A DNA stretch of 63,725 nt, filler included, from Stramenopiles sp. TOSAG23-3 (taxonomy: Eukaryota): the NCBI GenBank assembly GCA_900128585.1. It is 28 parts of 28 records of this genome, joined end to end, with 100 filler letters (N's around TTAATTAATTAA, not from the genome) between each part and the next. Parts side by side here need not be neighbours in the genome. Positions count along the whole stretch, not along the records: positions 59,301 to 61,463 come from LT645027.1; positions 61,564 to 63,725 come from LT645028.1; 26 more parts are not named here. The stretch is one strand, 5' to 3'. Shown here in pieces: positions 59,301 to 63,725 of the stretch (the first letter of the stretch is position 1; each line of letters begins with the position of its first letter). The notes under the pieces are model-generated. The model worked only from the letters and a program-made list of their open reading frames with translations. It was not told the DNA's origin and did not search any database. The position numbers and the translations under genes were made by a program.

Positions 59301-59538
59301 GGGCAATCAGACTGCTGTCGTCGCTGGAAACAGAAAGAAAAACATAAATAAAATCCCAAGACATGGCCCCCCAGGGAAGAACAAGGGCAGGAAGAGGCAT
59401 AAGCGGATTCTGAATAGCACACCACGGTCGCTTGGAAACCCAAACATGAGCCACCATTTGCAAAATTTTGATTACGAGACGCCGGAAGAGGCTAAAAGAA
59501 AGCACCGCGAGACCATGATGAAAGAAAAAAGAAAATGA
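59301..59538 (+). CDS. 3' end of a basic hypothetical protein (not in the ORF track)
   Basis: Open frame GNQTAVVAGNRKK...RETMMKEKRK* with TGA at 59536-59538. Confidence 0.6.
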
Positions 59539-59870
59539 CTTAACATAAAACAAGAAAATTGGCTGTTATTTAATGACTTAACATAACAAAAAAATAATGG
59601 CTGTTATTATGAGTACTTAAAATTTACCTTCCTCATGTACCGCGAATATAAATCTGCTCCTTATGACTTAAAATATGTTTATCTTATCAATACTTCCAAA
59701 TCGTATCTCTTACCAAACTGCGCATACTCTTAATTCTTACGTCTTCGCTTAAATAATAACCAAAGTTTTAAGACTCTCATTTTAAATCAAATACTACTTC
59801 AAATCCAACCCTAATCCTATCTCGATTTTTTAATTTGATTTGTGTTATTATAATTTCGCTTAAATAATAA
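59534..59870. mobile_element. Three insertions with target-site duplications: core 59549-59571 (-), family B 59587-59662 (-), family D 59760-59854 (+)
   Basis: AATGACTTAACATAA at 59534 and 59572, ATGACTTAAAATA at 59663; TTCGCTTAAATAATAA at 59744 and 59855. Confidence 0.88.
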
Positions 59871-59939
59871 GAGTATAATACTCTCAATACATTTAGTCCT
59901 ATTACTCTTCAATATATCGTCCTCCACATATGTGCGGCT

Positions 59940-61463
59940 TCACTGCGGCATTAATTTTGCTCGGATCCATTTGCCACTATCCTCAGCATTTTCGTAGCCA
60001 AATTGACATTGTAAGTGCCTGTGACGATACCCCGCGTTCTTTTCCTTTTCGTTAAGAGTTCCACAGGCATATTCGCCCAGGGTTTGACTAAACGGAGACG
60101 CGGCATCCATCCACAAATAATTCGCAGAAGAGCATATTTGCCACGCGACGGCGCCGCGCATCTCGTCCTCCCGCCTTTGCGCAATGTCGTTCCTAAAGTC
60201 CGAACCAGCGCGTACCCAAACAACATCTTCCATAGTTCTCGTGTCGAATTTACTTTCTCCTAACCCATTGTCTACGAAAGCTTTCTGAACATTCTTCATG
60301 AATTCTGCAGTCCTTGGTTCGTTCTTGAAAGGTTTTTTTGGTGTTGAATCTGCGGGTGCCGAGTTGATAGCCATATTTTTCCATTTTTTACGGTCCATTT
60401 TTTTCGGCTTTACTTTTGGAGGCCCCCTTTTCATCTGTTTCCAGATATTATCCGTTTTGCCATGGGGAGGAGCCGTTGGCACCAAGTGATGTTGTCCATG
60501 GATAAAGACCGTCAACTTCTTGCTTCCTTCGATTCCAACGCTAGATTTAACGCGATTTTATACCGTCACGGATGCACTTTTTCCTAGAGTTCTCTCCTTC
60601 CTTCGAAGAACCATGACTTTTTATACATGGTGTAGTATCATATACTATGCAGGCGAAGTGTTTCGATTGAAACAATTTCTTTCCCTCTTCAGCAACCTGC
60701 AATATTTTCGCATTCATAATAAACGCGCGATTCAATTTCGAGACTAACGATGACGATGAAAAAACAGGAGTCTTAAAATAATCGAAAGAATATGCACCGT
60801 AACATACTGCCGTGTTTGACACAGGATTTTCGAACGGAAAGGCTATTTGGGACATAAGGTTGCTTTCTCCCTCCAAAGAACAGAGCCCATCCTCATGGTG
60901 TGGTCTACATTTTGGAACTTTTCGCTCACACACTGCTCTACTATCTGAATTACAGATTGAGTTGGGGTGCCCATACTCTATTCGAATATCGTATCCGTGT
61001 GAGTGCATGATTTCTTCCATTGCATTTCTTGTTTCAGGCAAATTGTACACAGACAAAACGCCTGGGGCAACGTCATCTATTAGATATTCGCTTTTCTGCG
61101 CATCTGCTGCAATTAGCAAACCCATTATCACTTCTGCCCGTGCATCGTCAAAGCCCCCAACAACATAACACGCAAACTCACTCTGTCTCCCTAAATATGG
61201 TTTTGGTTCATGGTAGTCGGTTTGATCAGGCAATGGTGGGCACTGCTCGTCCACACCAAGGGCGCTTTGAGTGCACTCTCCGTTGTGAAGATTCCAGTCC
61301 GAAAGCCCCACAGAGTTTTGAGAATGACCTGTCCGTTTACCTGCGTTTGCATCAAACTGTATTTTGTACCGTACGTACATATCGGTGGTTTCCGTGTCTA
61401 GGCACAGGGACAACTCGTTTCCTGGAATACACCCCGGAGACTGTCGATCCAACTGATGCCAAT
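59940..61463 (-). CDS. Probable single gene with an O-fucosyltransferase-like C-terminus, split by a 1-nt frameshift near 60550-60560 (5'-partial)
   Basis: Removing one A from ATAAAATCG joins ORFs 60547-61452 and 59940-60515. AVAWQICSSANYLWMDAASPFS resembles the fucosyltransferase C-terminal motif. Confidence 0.5.
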
Positions 61464-61563
61464 NNNNNNNNNNNNNNNNNNNNNNNNNNNNNNNNNNNNN
61501 NNNNNNNTTAATTAATTAANNNNNNNNNNNNNNNNNNNNNNNNNNNNNNNNNNNNNNNNNNNN

Positions 61564-62411
61564 CTCAATATACCTTTATATGGGGCGAAGGGGTCAATTG
61601 CCCTGAAATCCCAAACTGCGACCAAAATGACGCGTCGAAATGTGCGGCCGTCACGAATAACAATTGTCGCACGTTCTGGAGAGCTGGAGCAAACCTTGTA
61701 CCCACGGTACCATACCGCAACAAGCCTGATTATTCGGTTGTCGATAAAGGTTGGTGGAAAGAAGCGAAATCAACTGGTACGCCAGGTTGGATAATACACT
61801 ATGGTACCACAGTTGAATTGCCTGTGGCAAACCGATACCAGCCAATCTTCAGAGACGGAAATTTATACGCAGTTGCCATTCACCAATTGGATGTTGGGTA
61901 CGGTTCTTCTTGCAACAAAGCGCTCACGGAATTTGTGGCTGGTGACGAATCGCTGACAGTTTTCGTTATGACCACAGATGGAGCCCTCGTTGCAACCGGT
62001 GGCGCAGACAAGGACATATGGGACAAGGCGGCAAAACGCTTGACGAAAGCATCGGAATACAGCAGTAACGGGGCCATATCGACAGTTGCAGAAGCCATAG
62101 GCAACAAGATCACAGGGGGTGCAATGACTGGAAAAGCTGGAAACTACGACTATTCCATCCAGCCGGTGGACAGCGCCAAATCTGGAAATATTGATTGGGT
62201 GGTTGTGGCAGCAAGAAAGACGAAAGAGAAGACAACAGAAGAGAAGACGACGGGAGAGAAGGCAAGCGGGGTACAAATTGGAACCCTTGTTGTTTCTATA
62301 TTGACTCTTCTTGTAGCCCTGGTGCTTGCAACAAAACAACCTGCCAGCGAACGATCAAAGCAATCTTGGGCAAATCCTGTAGGCGTTGCGATGTCAGCGA
62401 ACAGGGCATAG
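61564..62411 (+). CDS. Cache-like extracellular domain with C-terminal TM helix and short tail (5'-partial)
   Basis: Frame open from the contig start: DYSVVDKGWWKEAK..G..GW, VFVMTTDGALVAT, IDWVVVAA, then a TM helix. Confidence 0.7.
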
Positions 62412-63021
62412 ATAAGTCAACCCATTTCAAGCGGAAGAACCAATAGAATCAAGCAATATTCAATTTGGTAAGCCCACAAACAGATTTTTTATTGATTTTT
62501 TTAGAATTACCACATACATTTACATTTACAATTCCATCTTCCTCTCCAAATGTTTTCAATTCTCTGAACGGTGGTAAGCAACAACAAAAGGACGCATCGG
62601 TTACGAATAAGCCAACCTCGATAAATGCAACGACTACTGCTACAAACAACAATGTCTCAGCCGTTACAAATAATACCACAGCAACAACGTCAAATATTGT
62701 TGCCGTACTAACTCGTAGAAGATCATAACGAGAAACGAGAAATAAATAAGCTAGACTGACTAATAAAAAAACTGCTCTCCTCCAGCAGAAAGAAGAGGAG
62801 ATGAGTAGACGACTGTCATCATCATCAGTCATCGACCAGTTCGTTGTTTTGTTCGTTCGTTGATAGAATAATGAAAATATAGTTTTGTGTTGTTTTTTTT
62901 TATTTTTTATAAGTCGTCTTCTACGTAGTTGTGGTGGTGGGGGTGGTGTGTTTTCGCACCGGGCGGTTCCCTGTCTCCTGTTAGTGAATGAAGGTACCCC
63001 GACCGATTGGCGGAGCCGCAA

Positions 63022-63195
63022 ATGCTGGACAAGTTGGGACCGAACCCGTTCCCCTCGAGTATTCACATGGGAACTGCGCTCAAGTTAGGAATGATAGCGA
63101 AATGCGTCATTGTCGAGAATATGAGCCAGTTCCCTATGGACGAATTTGCTGACGCGGTTTGGACAGGGTTGACGCTGAGGAAAACGAAAATATAA
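63022..63195 (+). CDS. Small hypothetical ORF or terminal exon
   Basis: GC-rich island with an open frame ending at TAA before AT-rich DNA. Confidence 0.3.
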   Translation: MLDKLGPNPFPSSIHMGTALKLGMIAKCVIVENMSQFPMDEFADAVWTGLTLRKTKI

Positions 63196-63377
63196 AAGAG
63201 GCTCTCTACTAATAAAAAATTAAAAAAGAAGAAGATTATTTAACTGCTGCTGTGACAATATTAATATAAAAATAATAATCCTTTTTTTTCTTTTTTTTTT
63301 CGTGTGTTGTTGTTGTTGTTGTTATTATATAATACTTGCATAATTATTTAATTTATTTTTTTCTTCATAGTTAGTAT

Positions 63378-63456
63378 GTTTTAAAACTCTCATTTTAAAT
63401 CAATTACTAATTCAAATCCAACCCTAATCCTATATTGATTTTTTAATTTGATTTTT
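63378..63456 (+). mobile_element. Family D copy
   Basis: Close match to 59765-59841 (GTTTTAA.ACTCTCATTTTAAATCAA...CCAACCCTAATCCTAT...GATTTTTTAATTTGATT). Confidence 0.85.
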
Positions 63457-63559
63457 AGGTTCGTTTCGTCGTTGATGATTGTCAGTCATCACAGAGGAAT
63501 TATTTTTATTCCAATGGAGAAGAATTATTACCAGGTGATAATATTTCTTTTTTTGTGAT

Positions 63560-63725
63560 ACAAGAAAATTGGCTGTTATTTAAGTAATTAAAATGAATGT
63601 ACTGCGAACTAAAATCTAGATTTAGACATTCTCGGTTTACATTCCTTAGGTGGATTAACACTGCCTCCACATGACCCATAATCAACTTCCTCATCCGGTG
63701 TCTCACTCATAGATGACTCATTCCC
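63560..63725 (-). mobile_element. Longest family A copy, runs off the window end
   Basis: Contains all family A segments seen elsewhere; the minus frame reads GNESSMSETPDEEVDYGSCGGSVNPPKECKPRMSKSRF*FAVH. Confidence 0.88.

Larger units (their letters stand above)
2196..61563. other. 27 artificial contig spacers (N44-TTAATTAATTAA-N44); first 2196-2295, last 61464-61563
   Basis: Identical 100-nt linkers with stops in all six frames. Intervening segments shrink monotonically from 2195 to 2162 bp. Confidence 0.99.

Noticed and set aside
59807-59820. Telomeric repeat (AACCCTAATCCTA)
   Set aside because: Only about two imperfect units, always embedded in family D; not a telomere tract.
2196-61563. 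Regularly spaced TTAATTAATTAA palindromes, and apparent clustering of flagellar genes
   Set aside because: These are artificial spacers between length-sorted contigs; neither the periodicity nor the gene neighbourhood across them is biological.
63506-63706. ORF-track proteins 63506-63706, 43441-43839 and 41088-41345 as genes
   Set aside because: They are alternative-frame or antisense translations of the repeat (MYCELKSRFRHSRF...), not host genes.

Overview
The window is not continuous DNA. It is 28 unrelated ~2.16-2.20 kb contigs, sorted by decreasing length and joined by 27 artificial 100-nt spacers (N44-TTAATTAATTAA-N44), so gene order across spacers means nothing. The content is an intron-poor nuclear genome of a flagellated eukaryote, with three axonemal dynein heavy-chain fragments, IFT57 and DNAAF6. 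Coding regions are GC-balanced and intergenic DNA is very AT-rich. A heterotrophic marine stramenopile (MAST-like) single-cell or metagenome assembly is plausible, but that is inference. Recognisable genes include threonyl-tRNA synthetase, a quinone oxidoreductase/2-keto-4-pentenoate hydratase fusion, phytochelatin synthase, a Trm9-like methyltransferase, glyoxalase I, Rit1, a TRAPPC10-like protein and a GT47 exostosin. The strongest unexplained signal is a set of short interspersed elements with core AATAACAGCCAATTTTCTTGTTTT, plus two other T-tailed families. All copies lie just downstream of stop codons, mostly between convergent genes. They share a fixed T-rich end, are variably truncated at the other end, retain the end of a protein-coding frame, and three loci show 15-16 bp target-site duplications. 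This looks like a gene-3'-end-targeting retroposon system. Also notable are a ~200-nt four-hairpin candidate ncRNA and a ThrRS intron lacking a usable AG acceptor.
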